Assembly: GCA_965214775.1 (NCBI GenBank)
Contig: OZ243974.1
Span: 736,001 to 800,000, forward strand
Origin: Nitrosopumilus sp.
Lineage (GTDB): Archaea; Thermoproteota; Nitrososphaeria; Nitrososphaerales; Nitrosopumilaceae
Length of the DNA stretch: 64,000 nucleotides
Direction: 5' to 3'
In this document: piece by piece, positions 39,102 to 50,696 of the stretch
Numbering within the stretch: position 1 is the stretch's first letter
Layout of the letters: each line of letters opens with the position of its first letter
Notes under the pieces: generated by a model
Told to the model about the DNA's origin: nothing
The model's database searches: none
Seen by the model: the letters and a program-made list of their open reading frames with translations, nothing else
Program-made: the position numbers and the translations under genes

Positions 39102-41201
39102 TTACTTTCTCTTCCAGACGAATTGGTTGTAGATCATTTCTGGCCTGATTTGTCTGAATGTTTGGGCACCGCCATCGTACCACTTTGTAAAGTATTCATA
39201 CAAATGCAATCTGAGAGACTGGATATAGACAATCAGTCCCTCAATCATCATAATTCCCAAGTTGCCACCGATAATCATGGCCCATGCTCCGCCTGATTCT
39301 ACACCGCCAAGCGAGTTGAATGCGTTATTGACTGTAAGCAAAAGCGCTGCGTGGACCAGCAACATGATTCCCAACCGGGCATAACTGATTGTATGGGCCA
39401 AACTTTCAACCGTTTTGCCCAAGAATACCTCCATTACGACATTTGCCGCAGAGCCCCCGTCCTCCGGATGCCTCTTTGCATGCAGAATTCCTCCCACCAT
39501 CATCAAAGCCATCGACGCAATTACAACTACGACTGCAATCCTCGTTACAATCCAAACTTGGGCCCATTCGCCTAGGAAGATTGTTACCCAGGGAACGGCT
39601 TCTGTATGCACTTTGGAGTACATGTTCATTACGTCGTACTGTGAACCAATGGCACACATCATAATTACAACAATCCCTCCGTAAAGTGTGATGTTTGGAA
39701 TTGCTTCCATGTACATTGCCAGCTTGTGGCCTTCACGTGCTAATCTCTGAATTCTGAGAATCATGGCCCATACTAGGTGAATGATTCCAATGAACAATGA
39801 AACCTTTAGGATGTTGATTACCTGCTCAAACGTTAGTTCTGCAACGCTAAGAATTCCCACGATCCAGCTAACAGAATGCAGCGCCCCCCCTTCTTCAAGC
39901 AGCCCTTGAATTGGCCACATGTGATCCAGGTGGTAGCCAAACGCTTCCCCTGCACCAACTCCTGCTATGGCAGATGCGGCACCTGAAATTGCAATGAGCA
40001 TTCCCCATCTTGAGAGGTTGCCCTGTCCTTTGACTTTGAACAAAAGCCCCATCCCCATCAAGAGCAGCCCGTGGCCCATGTCTGCAAACATCAGTCCGTA
40101 GAAAATTGGCCACATGAGGGCAATCATGGGAGTCGGGTCAGATTCGCCCTTTCTAGGAACTCCCTGGCTTTTTGTAATTACTTCAAAAGTTCTAACGAAC
40201 CTTTTGTTATCAAATAATGTGGGTGCCTGAGCCTGTAATTTCGGATCTGCAATCTCTTCTGTTACTGACATCCACTGCTTGGTCGAACTCTTGAACTTCT
40301 CCTCCATTTTGCTTGGGATGAATCCTTGGATGACTGCAAAGTGCCTAGTGCCCCCAGGCTTTCTCAGGGTCTCAAGAACGTCTTTTGCAACTTGGGCTTC
40401 TTCATATAGTGCCAGAATGTCCCTTCTTGCGCTTTTTGCAACTTTGGCAATTTCTTTTGCGTTTGCCTTTTGTTTTTCTGCAAGTTCTTTTATTTTCGAG
40501 TCTGCCAGAGCATGTGCCTCGGATGGAACCTGGGGGAATCCCTCAGGAATGGAAAACGGATTTGCGTTGAGGCCCCTTAGAACCTTTAGTGTTTTTTCCG
40601 AATCGCCGGTACCTGCAATGACCAGAATTGCCGCCTTTTCTTTGCTAGCAAGATCATATTTGTAAAACGTAACCCCTTCAAGCGCTCGGCTTATTTCTTC
40701 ATAGTCTGAAGAGTTGATGACAAACAGGTTTGTGTAAAAATATCTCATTAATCCGAATCCGGAAAGATCAATGTCTAGTTTCTTGGCAACCTCAAGGGTT
40801 TCTTTAAGTGATGTGTATTCATCCAGAGAGCGTTTTGTATCTGCCCTCTCTTCAAGTAATTTAGCTGGCCCATCAATGATGCCCGGAGTTCTCCTTTGGA
40901 GATCGCCTACCATATCTGCAATTTCGTCGATTTCATAGTCTTTTTTCTTGATTACGGTTCCTTTGAAAAGAATCTCCAAAATTCCAACAACCGGAGGAAC
41001 GCCTAGCCCTTTGACCACATCATCTATGGATTGGTAAGTTTTTTGTGCCTCTAGTAGCAAATCATCGATTTCCGGGGTGACAATGTCATTTTCGGTGTCA
41101 ATCTTGTGAAACCATTCAAATTCAGCAAGTCTAGAAACTGCTTGTGGAGATTCGCTCCTCGGTAAAATTACACTTCCAAGCTTCAGATCGGCCAATCCCA
41201 A
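39102..41201 (-). CDS. atpI: A-type ATP synthase subunit I (a)
   Basis: DPTP...FYGLMFADMGHG, ISYARL and LRLHLYEYFTKWY motifs. Confidence 0.95.
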   Translation of the reverse strand: MGLADLKLGSVILPRSESPQAVSRLAEFEWFHKIDTENDIVTPEIDDLLLEAQKTYQSIDDVVKGLGVPPVVGILEILFKGTVIKKKDYEIDEIADMVGDLQRRTPGIIDGPAKLLEERADTKRSLDEYTSLKETLEVAKKLDIDLSGFGLMRYFYTNLFVINSSDYEEISRALEGVTFYKYDLASKEKAAILVIAGTGDSEKTLKVLRGLNANPFSIPEGFPQVPSEAHALADSKIKELAEKQKANAKEIAKVAKSARRDILALYEEAQVAKDVLETLRKPGGTRHFAVIQGFIPSKMEEKFKSSTKQWMSVTEEIADPKLQAQAPTLFDNKRFVRTFEVITKSQGVPRKGESDPTPMIALMWPIFYGLMFADMGHGLLLMGMGLLFKVKGQGNLSRWGMLIAISGAASAIAGVGAGEAFGYHLDHMWPIQGLLEEGGALHSVSWIVGILSVAELTFEQVINILKVSLFIGIIHLVWAMILRIQRLAREGHKLAMYMEAIPNITLYGGIVVIMMCAIGSQYDVMNMYSKVHTEAVPWVTIFLGEWAQVWIVTRIAVVVVIASMALMMVGGILHAKRHPEDGGSAANVVMEVFLGKTVESLAHTISYARLGIMLLVHAALLLTVNNAFNSLGGVESGGAWAMIIGGNLGIMMIEGLIVYIQSLRLHLYEYFTKWYDGGAQTFRQIRPEMIYNQFVWKRK

Positions 41202-41297
41202 GATAATCCTTCGGAGAATTCTCAGTTTTTAATATCTTTCTGAATCATTCCAGACAGATCATCGCAGACAGACAGTTCCCAAACATTAAAATCCATT

Positions 41298-41912
41298 ATG
41301 GATAAACGGCACCCATTGGCAAATTCTGCTCTAGAACAGACTATCGACAAGATTCTCAACCAAACAGAAAAAGAGATCTCGTCAAATATCGAGTCTGCCT
41401 TGGCCGATTCCTGCCAGACACTCGACGATGCTGCTCCCAAACTAGAGCAAGAATATGACAAAATCCTGGCTGACGGCAAAAAGGAGGCCGACAAAATTGA
41501 AAAACAAATTGTGGGAAGTTCTGACATTCAGGCCCGAAATAAGCACCTGATGGCCTTGGAGGAGGCAGTTGACAAGGTCTTTGCTCGGGCATTAGATCAG
41601 ATCGCAGATGCTGATCGCAGTGGCGATTATTCCAATCTAATCAGGTCTTTGCTTGACGAGGCAACCAAAATCTTGGGAACGACCGAAGTTGCTGTCTTTA
41701 CAAATGCAAAAGACAGGGATGCTGTCCAATCTGCATTGCCAAACTATCCCGGTTCAGAACTGTCGTCTGAAGCAATTGATTGCCTTGGCGGCGTAAGGAT
41801 CCAGTCCAAAGATGGAACTATGACTTTTGACAATACGATCGATGCAAGAATTGAGCGTCTGAAGCCTTTAATAAGGAAAGAAATTGCAGCAAAATTTGGA
41901 GTAAGTAACTAG
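41298..41912 (+). CDS. atpE: A-type ATP synthase subunit E
   Basis: Coiled coil plus LGGV...DG...[10 protein letters not shown]; the start may be TTG about 41316. Confidence 0.9.
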   Translation: MDKRHPLANSALEQTIDKILNQTEKEISSNIESALADSCQTLDDAAPKLEQEYDKILADGKKEADKIEKQIVGSSDIQARNKHLMALEEAVDKVFARALDQIADADRSGDYSNLIRSLLDEATKILGTTEVAVFTNAKDRDAVQSALPNYPGSELSSEAIDCLGGVRIQSKDGTMTFDNTIDARIERLKPLIRKEIAAKFGVSN

Positions 41913-41913
41913 A

Positions 41914-43695
41914 ATGGCAGCGCAAGGCAGAATTGTTTGGGTCAGTGGCCCTGCAGTTAGAGCAGACGGAATGGCTGAAGCAAAAATGTACGAGACAGTC
42001 GTTGTCGGGGATTCTAAACTAGTCGGCGAAGTAATCAGACTGACCGGCGATGTCGCATTTATTCAGGTATACGAGTCAACAAGCGGATTAAAGCCAGGCG
42101 AGCCCGTAATCGGCACAGGCAACCCGCTTAGTGTCATGCTGGGTCCCGGGATTATCGGACAGCTTTATGACGGAATTCAGAGACCGCTAAGAGAACTGTC
42201 AAAGGCATCAGGTTCCTTTATTGGCAGAGGAATTACGACCACCCCTATTGACATGACCAAAAAATACCACTTTGTTCCCACCGTGAGTAACGGTGACAAA
42301 GTTGCTGCGGGAAACGTAATTGGCACCGTTCAAGAAACTGATTTGATTGAGCATCCAATAATGGTTCCGCCGGATCACCAGGGTGGAAAAATCACAAACG
42401 TTGTTTCAGAAGGAGACTATGACTTGGAGACTGAGCTAGCTACAACTGAGAAGGATGATGGGCAGACTGTCTCCCTTAAGATGTATCACAAATGGCCAGT
42501 CAGAAAACCAAGACCGTACAAGAACAGATACGATCCAACCGTGCCGCTTCTTACCGGTCAAAGAATTATCGATACCTTCTTCCCAATTGCAAAAGGGGGA
42601 ACCGGCTCCATTCCAGGGGCGTTTGGTACGGGGAAGACCGTAACGCTGCACCAGATTGCAAAATGGGCAGACTCCCAGGTTGTAGTTTACATCGGTTGCG
42701 GCGAAAGAGGCAACGAAATGACAGAAGTACTAGTCGAATTCCCACATCTCAAGGATCCAAGAAGCGGAAAGCCACTCATGGACAGAACCGTCCTTGTAGC
42801 TAACACCAGCAACATGCCGGTAGCAGCAAGGGAGGCAAGCATCTACACGGGTGTCACAATTGCAGAATATTACAGGGATATGGGCAAGGACGTCGTTCTT
42901 GTAGCTGACTCTACTAGCAGATGGGCCGAAGCGCTAAGAGAAATGAGCGGCAGGCTTGAAGAGATGCCTGCAGAGGAAGGCTATCCGTCATATCTTGCAT
43001 CAAGACTGGCAGAATTTTATGAAAGGGCAGGACGTGTCAGGGCAGCTGGAAGTCCGGATCGCGACGGTTCAGTCACCCTGATTGGCGCCGTATCTCCATC
43101 CGGTGGTGATTTTACAGAACCTGTCACTACTCATACCATGAGATTTATCAAAACTTTCTGGGCTTTGGATGCAAAACTGGCGTACTCTAGACACTATCCA
43201 TCAATAAACTGGATGAACAGTTACTCCGGATATCTTGCAGACATTGCAAAATGGTGGAGTGAGAATATCAGCGAGGAGTGGTTTAACATTAGAAGTGAGA
43301 CATATGGTGTCTTGCAAAGGGAAGACACGCTAAAAGAGATTGTCAGGCTCTTGGGTCCTGAAGCATTGCCAGACGAAGAAAAGTTGATTCTCGAAGTTGC
43401 AAGAATGGTAAAGATTGCTCTGTTACAACAAAACTCGTTTGACGATGTTGATACTTATTGCAGCCCAGAAAAGCAGTTCAGGCTAATGAAACTGTGTGTT
43501 GACTTTTACAAGAAAGGACAGCAGGCGCTCAAAGAGGGCGCGGCATTATCTGACATTCGTGAGCTGGGAGTTGTAAGCAGCTTGCTCAAAGCAAGAATGG
43601 ATGTAAAAGACGATGAAATGCCAAAACTGGATCAGCTAGACAAAGACATGCAAGAACAATTCAAATCAATCTCAGGAGTCAAGGTGCCAAATTGA
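41914..43695 (+). CDS. atpA: A-type ATP synthase subunit A
   Basis: [28 protein letters not shown] and PAEEGYP motifs; no intein. Confidence 0.97.
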   Translation: MAAQGRIVWVSGPAVRADGMAEAKMYETVVVGDSKLVGEVIRLTGDVAFIQVYESTSGLKPGEPVIGTGNPLSVMLGPGIIGQLYDGIQRPLRELSKASGSFIGRGITTTPIDMTKKYHFVPTVSNGDKVAAGNVIGTVQETDLIEHPIMVPPDHQGGKITNVVSEGDYDLETELATTEKDDGQTVSLKMYHKWPVRKPRPYKNRYDPTVPLLTGQRIIDTFFPIAKGGTGSIPGAFGTGKTVTLHQIAKWADSQVVVYIGCGERGNEMTEVLVEFPHLKDPRSGKPLMDRTVLVANTSNMPVAAREASIYTGVTIAEYYRDMGKDVVLVADSTSRWAEALREMSGRLEEMPAEEGYPSYLASRLAEFYERAGRVRAAGSPDRDGSVTLIGAVSPSGGDFTEPVTTHTMRFIKTFWALDAKLAYSRHYPSINWMNSYSGYLADIAKWWSENISEEWFNIRSETYGVLQREDTLKEIVRLLGPEALPDEEKLILEVARMVKIALLQQNSFDDVDTYCSPEKQFRLMKLCVDFYKKGQQALKEGAALSDIRELGVVSSLLKARMDVKDDEMPKLDQLDKDMQEQFKSISGVKVPN

Positions 43696-45083
43696 GCGCT
43701 GAGGGCGGGGGGGTTCAATACAGCAAGATTGCCGAAATCAAAGGCCCTCTGGTAATAGTAGATGATGTGTCAAATGCGGCATTTGACGAACTAGTCGAGA
43801 TTGAAACCAGTGATGGCGAAAGAAGGCTTGGCAAAGTTCTCGAGGTAGGAAACGGCAAGGCAATCGTCCAGGTCTTTGAAGGAACTACCGGACTGTCAAT
43901 TTCTGGGACAAATGCAAAGTTTGTCGGAAAAGTCATGGAAATGCCAGTATCAAAAGAGGTGCTTGGCAGGGTTTTTGACGGATTGGGAAGGCCAAAAGAC
44001 GGGCTGCCAGATCCGATTGCCGACAAGTTTATCGACATCAACGGCGAGCCGATGAACCCAGAACAGCGCGAATACCCAAAGGATTTCATCCAAACCGGCG
44101 TATCTGTGATTGACGGACTGATGACCCTAGTCAGAGGGCAAAAACTGCCAATCTTTTCAGGCTCTGGCATGTCTCACAACTTGCTGGCAGCACAAATTGC
44201 AAGACAGGCAAGTGTTGTTGGAACTGATGATGATGACTTTGCCGTAGTCTTTGCGGCAATTGGGGTTCAATACAGCGAGGCAGAATATTTCAGAAGAAGT
44301 CTTGAAGAGTCCGGTGCACTCAAGAGAAGCGTCCTATTCCTAAACACGGCAGATGATCCTGCAATTGAAAGAATCATTACTCCTCGCGTAGCATTGACAG
44401 TAGCAGAATATTTGGCATTTGAGCTAGGGATGCACGTTCTTGTAGTAATTACCGATATGACAAACTATGCAGAGGCGCTAAGAGAAATCAGTGCGGCAAG
44501 GGAAGAAGTTCCAGGAAGAAAAGGATATCCCGGTTATCTTTACACTGACCTATCGACACTTTATGAAAGAGCAGGAAAGTTAAATGGCAAGAAAGGAAGT
44601 GTTACACAAGTACCGATTCTCTCGATGCCCTCTGACGATATCACCCACCCAATTCCAGACCTTACAGGCTATATTACCGAGGGCCAAATTGTAGTTGGCA
44701 GGGACTTGTTCAGACAGGGGGTTTATCCGCCAATCAACATTTTGATGAGTCTCAGCAGGCTGATGAAAGACGGAATTGGCAAGGGGAGTACCAGAGAGGA
44801 TCACGGTGAGATCTCCAACCAGGTCTATGACGCGTATTCCAGAGCACAGGAGGTCAGGGCACTGGCCGGCATCGTTGGCAAGGCAGGTCTTACCGAAATT
44901 GATCTAAAATACCTGGATCTTGGCGATACGTTTGAGAAGGAATTCCTTGCACAGGCAACTGATGAAAACAGAACTATCGAAGAGACGCTAGCCTTGATGT
45001 GGAAGATTGTCTCAAAACTGCCAAAGAGCGAGATTACAAAAATCAAAGACAAGTACGTAGAACAACATTACAAGGAAGAGTGA
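43692..45083 (+). CDS. atpB: A-type ATP synthase subunit B
   Basis: [22 protein letters not shown] and [14 protein letters not shown] motifs. Confidence 0.97.
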   Translation: MSAEGGGVQYSKIAEIKGPLVIVDDVSNAAFDELVEIETSDGERRLGKVLEVGNGKAIVQVFEGTTGLSISGTNAKFVGKVMEMPVSKEVLGRVFDGLGRPKDGLPDPIADKFIDINGEPMNPEQREYPKDFIQTGVSVIDGLMTLVRGQKLPIFSGSGMSHNLLAAQIARQASVVGTDDDDFAVVFAAIGVQYSEAEYFRRSLEESGALKRSVLFLNTADDPAIERIITPRVALTVAEYLAFELGMHVLVVITDMTNYAEALREISAAREEVPGRKGYPGYLYTDLSTLYERAGKLNGKKGSVTQVPILSMPSDDITHPIPDLTGYITEGQIVVGRDLFRQGVYPPINILMSLSRLMKDGIGKGSTREDHGEISNQVYDAYSRAQEVRALAGIVGKAGLTEIDLKYLDLGDTFEKEFLAQATDENRTIEETLALMWKIVSKLPKSEITKIKDKYVEQHYKEE

Positions 45084-45087
45084 CTCA

Positions 45088-45720
45088 ATGTCGTTTGGGC
45101 AAAATGTTGCAGCAACAAAGATCGAACTCTTCAAGTACAAAAAATCCAGCCAGATCGCCGTAATGGTACAACAAATCTTAGATGACAAGCGCAAGATCCT
45201 CTTAAAAAACATCGAAGAAATGATTCAGGAAGCCTCCAAGGCAAGAGGAGGAATATGGGATCCCTTGCAAGACATCTACAAATCAGTCAACGAGGCATAC
45301 CTTGCATTAGGAACAAGCACTGTTGATTCTGTTGCAGAATCCACTCCCCCGGTCATGGAAGTAGATGTCAACGTACGGAGAGTAGTGGATGTAAAAATTC
45401 AGGCACTGACTGTGACTGAAAAGGATGCAAAATCAATGCCTTACGGATTTGCCGATACAAACTCCTCGATTGACAGGGCGTCAAAACAAATCAAAGAACT
45501 GCTGCCAAAAATTTGCAAGGCCGCAGAGTATGAAAATTCTATTTTCAGCCTTGCAAAAGCATTAGAAAAGACCCAAAAGCTGCTAAATGCGTTAGAAAAC
45601 GTCATTATTCCCCAGTACAAGGACAACATTCGATTCATTCTTGCCACTCTTGAAGAGCGTGAAAGGGAGGAGTTCGCAAAGTTAAAAAAAGTGAAAGAAA
45701 AGATGGAAAGTGAAAACTGA
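45088..45720 (+). CDS. atpD: A-type ATP synthase subunit D
   Basis: TKIEL, NALENVIIP and LEEREREEF motifs. Confidence 0.93.
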   Translation: MSFGQNVAATKIELFKYKKSSQIAVMVQQILDDKRKILLKNIEEMIQEASKARGGIWDPLQDIYKSVNEAYLALGTSTVDSVAESTPPVMEVDVNVRRVVDVKIQALTVTEKDAKSMPYGFADTNSSIDRASKQIKELLPKICKAAEYENSIFSLAKALEKTQKLLNALENVIIPQYKDNIRFILATLEEREREEFAKLKKVKEKMESEN

Positions 45721-45854
45721 TGGGAGGAAAAGAGGAAATAAAAAAATTGGTTGAAAATTCTAAAAAAGTAATCCTGCAGGATCACGACAACTTTTCCAAA
45801 TCAATCAAAGATGATTTGTCATCTTTCAAAAACAAAACCCTGGATCGAATCTGA
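45720..45854 (+). CDS. 44-aa ORF translationally coupled to atpD (not in ORF track)
   Basis: TGATG overlap; MGGKEEIKKLVENSKKVILQDHDNFSKSIKDDLSSFKNKTLDRI. Confidence 0.55.
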   Translation: MGGKEEIKKLVENSKKVILQDHDNFSKSIKDDLSSFKNKTLDRI

Positions 45855-45908
45855 CGGTTTGTCATCATCATGATTTAAATATGGAACTAAAGGGGACGAG
45901 ATCATAAA

Positions 45909-46220
45909 ATGAAACCTATCGTCTTGCTACTTTTGGCAGCCTCGGTAATATCCGTTTTAGGATCCACCGGACTTGCGTACGCAGCAGAAGAAGATGGTGC
46001 GGCAGGAAGCTCTGACTCGCTGAAAATTCTCGGTGCAGGTTTGGCCTTCGGTCTTGCAGCTTTTGGTGCCGGCATAGGTTTAGGCCAAGTAGGTGCAGCC
46101 GGTCTTGCCGTAATTAGCGAGAATCCAGCCTTACAGTCAAAAGTATTCATCTTCGTAGGAATGGTCGAATCAATCGCCATCTACGGCATAGTAATGATGT
46201 TCATCATCCTGGGACAATAG
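45909..46220 (+). CDS. atpK: A-type ATP synthase subunit K (c, proteolipid)
   Basis: GAGLAFGLAAFGAGIG...ENP...VESIAIYG; N-terminal signal-like extension. Confidence 0.93.
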   Translation: MKPIVLLLLAASVISVLGSTGLAYAAEEDGAAGSSDSLKILGAGLAFGLAAFGAGIGLGQVGAAGLAVISENPALQSKVFIFVGMVESIAIYGIVMMFIILGQ

Positions 46221-46266
46221 GCCCAGCATAGCAGTAATATGCCACTTTTTCAGTTTTTTAAAAGAT

Positions 46267-46728
46267 CTAGTTGTATTTTAGCTTGTTAACATCCAATATT
46301 CGCCCGCAGTATCTGCACTTGAGAACCCTTCCTTCTTTGTCAACCACGTCCATTACCGGTTCTATGTGTTCTGTGCTGTTTGTAATGCAATCGGGATTGG
46401 AGCACTGGAAAATTCTGTCGATCTCGTTTGGAAGTGAGACTCTTCTTTTTTCGACTAACTTGTAGTCTCTTATCATGTTGATTGTGGCCTTTGGGGCGAT
46501 CAATGCAAGCTTGTTTGTGTCATCGTCTTTGAGAAACTTGTTTTCAACTTTGATAATGTCCTTTTTCTTGAATTTTCCGCTTGGAACGTTCAGGGCAATT
46601 GTAATCAGGCTTCCATCCCCCCCGTCAATTCTCAAGGCTCCAAGGACTTTGAGGCCTCTGCCCTCGTCAATATGGTCAATCACGGTGCCCTCTTTGATTC
46701 GTCGAACCGTAAGTTCAGACTGTTCCAT
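46267..46728 (-). CDS. pyrI: Aspartate carbamoyltransferase regulatory subunit
   Basis: IKEGTVIDHI, KKDIIKVE, CSNPDCIT and CRYC motifs. Confidence 0.95.
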   Translation of the reverse strand: MEQSELTVRRIKEGTVIDHIDEGRGLKVLGALRIDGGDGSLITIALNVPSGKFKKKDIIKVENKFLKDDDTNKLALIAPKATINMIRDYKLVEKRRVSLPNEIDRIFQCSNPDCITNSTEHIEPVMDVVDKEGRVLKCRYCGRILDVNKLKYN

Positions 46729-46768
46729 CAGAATACTTTGTATAGTGACCTGTATATATTATTGAAAG

Positions 46769-47698
46769 ATGAACGAGTTCTACAAGAAAGACATCATATC
46801 AATCAAGGATCTTGGCAGGGATCAGCTTGAGAAGATCTTTGCCTCTACGGACAAAATCATACAGATGAGTCCTGCTCAACGAAGGGAAATTTGCAAAGGG
46901 AATACCTTGGGCTACTTGTTCTATGAACCAAGCACCAGGACCCGTCTTAGCTTTGATTCTGCAATGGCATCAGTAGGCGGAAATTCGCTGGGAATAGCAG
47001 ATGTCTCTTCATCATCAACTCAAAAAGGGGAGAGTCTTGCCGATACCGTAAAAATTATGTCAATTTATTCAGACGTTCTTGTTTTACGCCATACCCTTGA
47101 CGGGTCTAGTCGGTTTGCGGCTGAAGTTTCTGAAAAACCCGTAATCAATGCAGGTAGCGGAACTGAAGAGCATCCCACTCAGGCAATTCAGGATTTGTTT
47201 ACCATAAAGAAAGAAAAGAGGAAGATTGACGGATTGAAGGTCGGAATTGTCGGTGATCTGAAATACGGCCGCACTGTTTACTCTTTGCTGTACGGACTGG
47301 GAAACTATGACGTTGATGTCAGACTGATTTCTCCTGAATCGCTTAGAATAAGGTCTGATTCAGTTTATGAAATAAAGAGGAAGCTAGATTTTACAGAAGC
47401 CACGGACATCGAAGACCATATTGATGACCTGGACGTTTTGTATGTGACAAGAATTCAAAAGGAGAGGTTCCCTGACGAGGAGGAATATCTCAAGGTAAAA
47501 GGAAGCTATGTTGTCGGATTAGATTTGCTCAAACAAATGAAAGACGATTCAATCATCATGCACCCTCTTCCAAGAATAGATGAGATTTCAGCCGATATTG
47601 ATTCGACTCAAAACGCAAAATATTTCCAGCAGGCCGAGCATGGGAAGCACACAAGGGCAGCCTTGTTGGGCCTTACACTAAATGAGAACGGGTTCTAA
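46769..47698 (+). CDS. pyrB: Aspartate carbamoyltransferase catalytic subunit
   Basis: FYEPSTRTRLSF, HPTQ, GDLKYGRTV, TRIQKER and MHPLPR motifs. Confidence 0.96.
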   Translation: MNEFYKKDIISIKDLGRDQLEKIFASTDKIIQMSPAQRREICKGNTLGYLFYEPSTRTRLSFDSAMASVGGNSLGIADVSSSSTQKGESLADTVKIMSIYSDVLVLRHTLDGSSRFAAEVSEKPVINAGSGTEEHPTQAIQDLFTIKKEKRKIDGLKVGIVGDLKYGRTVYSLLYGLGNYDVDVRLISPESLRIRSDSVYEIKRKLDFTEATDIEDHIDDLDVLYVTRIQKERFPDEEEYLKVKGSYVVGLDLLKQMKDDSIIMHPLPRIDEISADIDSTQNAKYFQQAEHGKHTRAALLGLTLNENGF

Positions 47699-47737
47699 TC
47701 CGTATTCCATATATCTAGAGACATTTCACTGAATCTG

Positions 47738-48448
47738 ATGACCCAAGGCAGAGTAATTCCAATCTTTCCACTTGACCTAGTTTTGTTTCCAAGACAAGAG
47801 CTGCCTCTGAGAATCTTTGAGCCCAGATACAAGCAACTAGTCGATGATTGCATGCTCGGTGATGGGCTGTTTGGCGTTTGTCTTATTGACAAGACCAGTT
47901 CCGTAAAGGGCTGGAATGCACCAAAGATGATCGGGACGATTGCAAAAATTACCAAATGCAGGGATGTTGGGTTGGACGGTCTTCAGCTACACATCGAGAC
48001 TGTTGGAAGGAACTCGTTTAAAATTAAAAGAATTATCGAGCCTGCAATTTCGCAGCCCGCTAATTATGATCCTTTATCTGCAGAAGGCCACTCTCAAGTT
48101 TCGGAACTGCATGAAAAGGTTGGAATCGACGAAAAAATGTACATTCGGGCTGAGGTTCAAATGATTCGTGAGATTGATCAAAGCGTTTCGCTTGGGAAAT
48201 GGCAAAGCCTTGTTGGGCTGTGGAAGAAGAAAATCGTCCAACAGGCCCTGCCTAAAGTTGTTGAGCCTCGTACGTTGGATCATGTCTTACAGCAGTACTA
48301 TCTTGCCACAGAGACTCCTACAATTGATTACATCTACTCCCTTTCTGCATTAGGCGCAAAGGATCCCAACGATTTACAGCCACTGCTAGAAGCAGCCAAC
48401 ATGGAGGAATTGCTTCAAAGAGTAGAGGAATTGCTGACAATAAAATAG
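47738..48448 (+). CDS. Lon protease N-terminal substrate-binding domain protein
   Basis: IPIFPL..VLFP...LPLRIFEPRYKQLV..C motif. Confidence 0.85.
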   Translation: MTQGRVIPIFPLDLVLFPRQELPLRIFEPRYKQLVDDCMLGDGLFGVCLIDKTSSVKGWNAPKMIGTIAKITKCRDVGLDGLQLHIETVGRNSFKIKRIIEPAISQPANYDPLSAEGHSQVSELHEKVGIDEKMYIRAEVQMIREIDQSVSLGKWQSLVGLWKKKIVQQALPKVVEPRTLDHVLQQYYLATETPTIDYIYSLSALGAKDPNDLQPLLEAANMEELLQRVEELLTIK

Positions 48449-48466
48449 CGGGATCATGGAATTGTT

Positions 48467-50242
48467 ATGATGATGATGATGAGGAGGATGTCTTACAAAC
48501 AACAACTGGCAATTCTGTTGCTTGTTGCTGTTGCAGCAGTGCTTTTACCTGCAAATAGTGCGTATGGCCACGGGCTTGGTTTAGATAAAATCTCATCAAT
48601 TGATATTCAAGGAAAAGAAATTTCTATTTCTGTTGAAATGCCATTAAGTTTTAAAAACGGGGGGGATCAGATTACCATAACTGCAACAGAAGATCAAACC
48701 GGACAAAACGCCAAAAACGTGACATTTCTAATTGGCTTGTTTCATGACAATACAATGGTTTTCAGAAATTACTTTTTTGCAGAAAATGGCGTCTTGCCGC
48801 TCCAGATTTCATCTCAAACAGAGCACGATGGTTTTACAATAAACGGCAGACAAGATTCGCTCCTTGGAGCCTATCACGGAACCGAATCTTCTCCAATTGA
48901 GGTCGCAGGACCAGTTTTTGAGGAGGGTGGGCTATACACGTTTGAGATTGAAGTAAGAGGCATTGATGAGCCCACAAACATCATCGAAGATTCCGGCATT
49001 CATGTTGCTGACTTGAGCGTAGCAAGCACTTCATCTTACGTTGAGAAGGATTCTGAGGATAACGACGTTGAATTTAGAATGAAATCCTATTTTGATAAAA
49101 TTTCAACTTTTGATTATAACCCTGAAACAAAGTTAGCAACCTTTGAGATGCCGTTTGATTGGAGTGAAAGTAAGATGTCACACATTCCAGTTGTTCACGA
49201 AGAAGTGCATTTTCCAAAGGATTTTGTCGAATTCCTGTCTCCAAGCTATACCGGACATGCAAACGGAATCGAGCTGTTCAGAGACTCGGTAACTATCGAT
49301 GATTATACGGAAGATGATGAAAGAATTGTTCATTTTGTCTTGTTGCAAGATCATTTGAGAATCATCAAAAACGAGATGAAAAAGTCAGGAGAGCCGCTGC
49401 CAGAAAACATTGTTTTCACATTAGCTACAAATGAAAAAGCGTCCTTTCCGCTGATTGCATATACCAAAAGTGAAGATTTCCAGATAAATCTCGCATGGGA
49501 TCCAGTTGGGGTCGTCCCAGGAGAAAATACCAATTTTGTATTTACCGTTCGTGACGGATCAACCGGAGAGCCGCTTCGAAACTCCGAATACACGTTTGTC
49601 ATTCTTCAGCATGGTCAGGAAATTCACAGGGTGTCAGGTATTGCGCAAGTAGGCGGAGAGTTTGAAAAATTCACTTTTGATCCAACCCAAACAGGCCCTA
49701 CAATCATCAAGTTTGAAAATATTAGAGGCACGGGACAAGAAACCGAATTTGGAATTGTGATTGCAGCAACTGCCTTGTCAAATAATTCTACAGATACAGT
49801 CAGTCACGCTTCAGAAACCGTTGCTGTTGCTGCTGCCAGAGGGGAGAACAATACAACTGACGATAAGGGAGGAGGAGGCTGTCTTATTGCAACTGCTGCA
49901 TACGGTACTGAGCTAGCTTTTCAGGTACAGTTCTTGAGAGAAATCAGAGACAACGCAGTGATGGGTACAACTTCAGGAATGGCATTCATGACCGGCTTTA
50001 ACCAATTGTACTATTCATTCTCACCAACAATTGCCGACTGGCAAAGAGAAAACCCAGTGTTTCAGGACGCAGTAAGAGCGTTTATCACTCCAATGGTGTC
50101 CACTCTGTCAATTATGACGCTAGCGGGCAGTGGTTCAGAAGCCGAAATATTTGGATTGGGAATCTCTGTTATTGCATTGAATCTTGGAATGTATGTTGCA
50201 GCACCAGCAGTCGCTTTCTGGCAAATAAAAAAACTGTTTTAG
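48467..50242 (+). CDS. Secreted/surface protein with CFI-box-CTERM sorting domain
   Basis: Signal peptide (AYGHG); C-terminal GGGGCLIATAAYG...LREIRD...FNQLYYSFSP and TM anchor. The start is probably ATG 48488. Confidence 0.85.
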   Translation: MMMMMRRMSYKQQLAILLLVAVAAVLLPANSAYGHGLGLDKISSIDIQGKEISISVEMPLSFKNGGDQITITATEDQTGQNAKNVTFLIGLFHDNTMVFRNYFFAENGVLPLQISSQTEHDGFTINGRQDSLLGAYHGTESSPIEVAGPVFEEGGLYTFEIEVRGIDEPTNIIEDSGIHVADLSVASTSSYVEKDSEDNDVEFRMKSYFDKISTFDYNPETKLATFEMPFDWSESKMSHIPVVHEEVHFPKDFVEFLSPSYTGHANGIELFRDSVTIDDYTEDDERIVHFVLLQDHLRIIKNEMKKSGEPLPENIVFTLATNEKASFPLIAYTKSEDFQINLAWDPVGVVPGENTNFVFTVRDGSTGEPLRNSEYTFVILQHGQEIHRVSGIAQVGGEFEKFTFDPTQTGPTIIKFENIRGTGQETEFGIVIAATALSNNSTDTVSHASETVAVAAARGENNTTDDKGGGGCLIATAAYGTELAFQVQFLREIRDNAVMGTTSGMAFMTGFNQLYYSFSPTIADWQRENPVFQDAVRAFITPMVSTLSIMTLAGSGSEAEIFGLGISVIALNLGMYVAAPAVAFWQIKKLF

Positions 50243-50519
50243 AAACAAGCACTGTTCTCAAGATGTACGCCCCGAAGAGGGAATCACGCAAGAAGAGTTT
50301 CTTGCAGAAATATTTTTCCCATGGTTCTGTGCAATCTTCTATTGTATGAAAAGTCGGTCCGCCTAGGATCAGGAGGACAATAGCGGACTATTTTAGGCTG
50401 TACCGATCACGAAAAACCATGAAAAAAATACTAGCAGTGCCAACATCAAAAAATGGAATATGATTTTGACACATCGTGCCTATTTTGCCAAAGAAATATT
50501 CCATTTTCAACTGCACGCA

Positions 50520-50696
50520 CTATGCAAAGCTCGTAGAGTAGATGTAGATCCTGCTTCCTATGACCTCGCCCTCCTTTGCAGAGTCGGCCCTTGGGATCCA
50601 CAGGACCTCAAGGTCTGCGTTTGCGCCGCTTTCCTTCTTCAGCCTGTCAAGCTCCTCTCTGAGCGATTCCCTGAGTAAGGCTGCTTTGTCTTCCAT
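50520..50696 (-). pseudogene. Short, probably truncated hypothetical gene
   Basis: MEDKAALLRESLREELDRLK...EGEVIGSRIYIYSTSFA*; protein-like composition but ends abruptly. Confidence 0.4.

Noticed and set aside
41914-43695. Intein in atpA
   Set aside because: The length of 593 aa is normal and the Walker A region is uninterrupted.
357-47955. Many antisense and alternative-frame ORFs in the ORF track (e.g. 13404-14054, 8756-9355, 37376-37861)
   Set aside because: They are shadows of well-supported genes on the other strand or frame.
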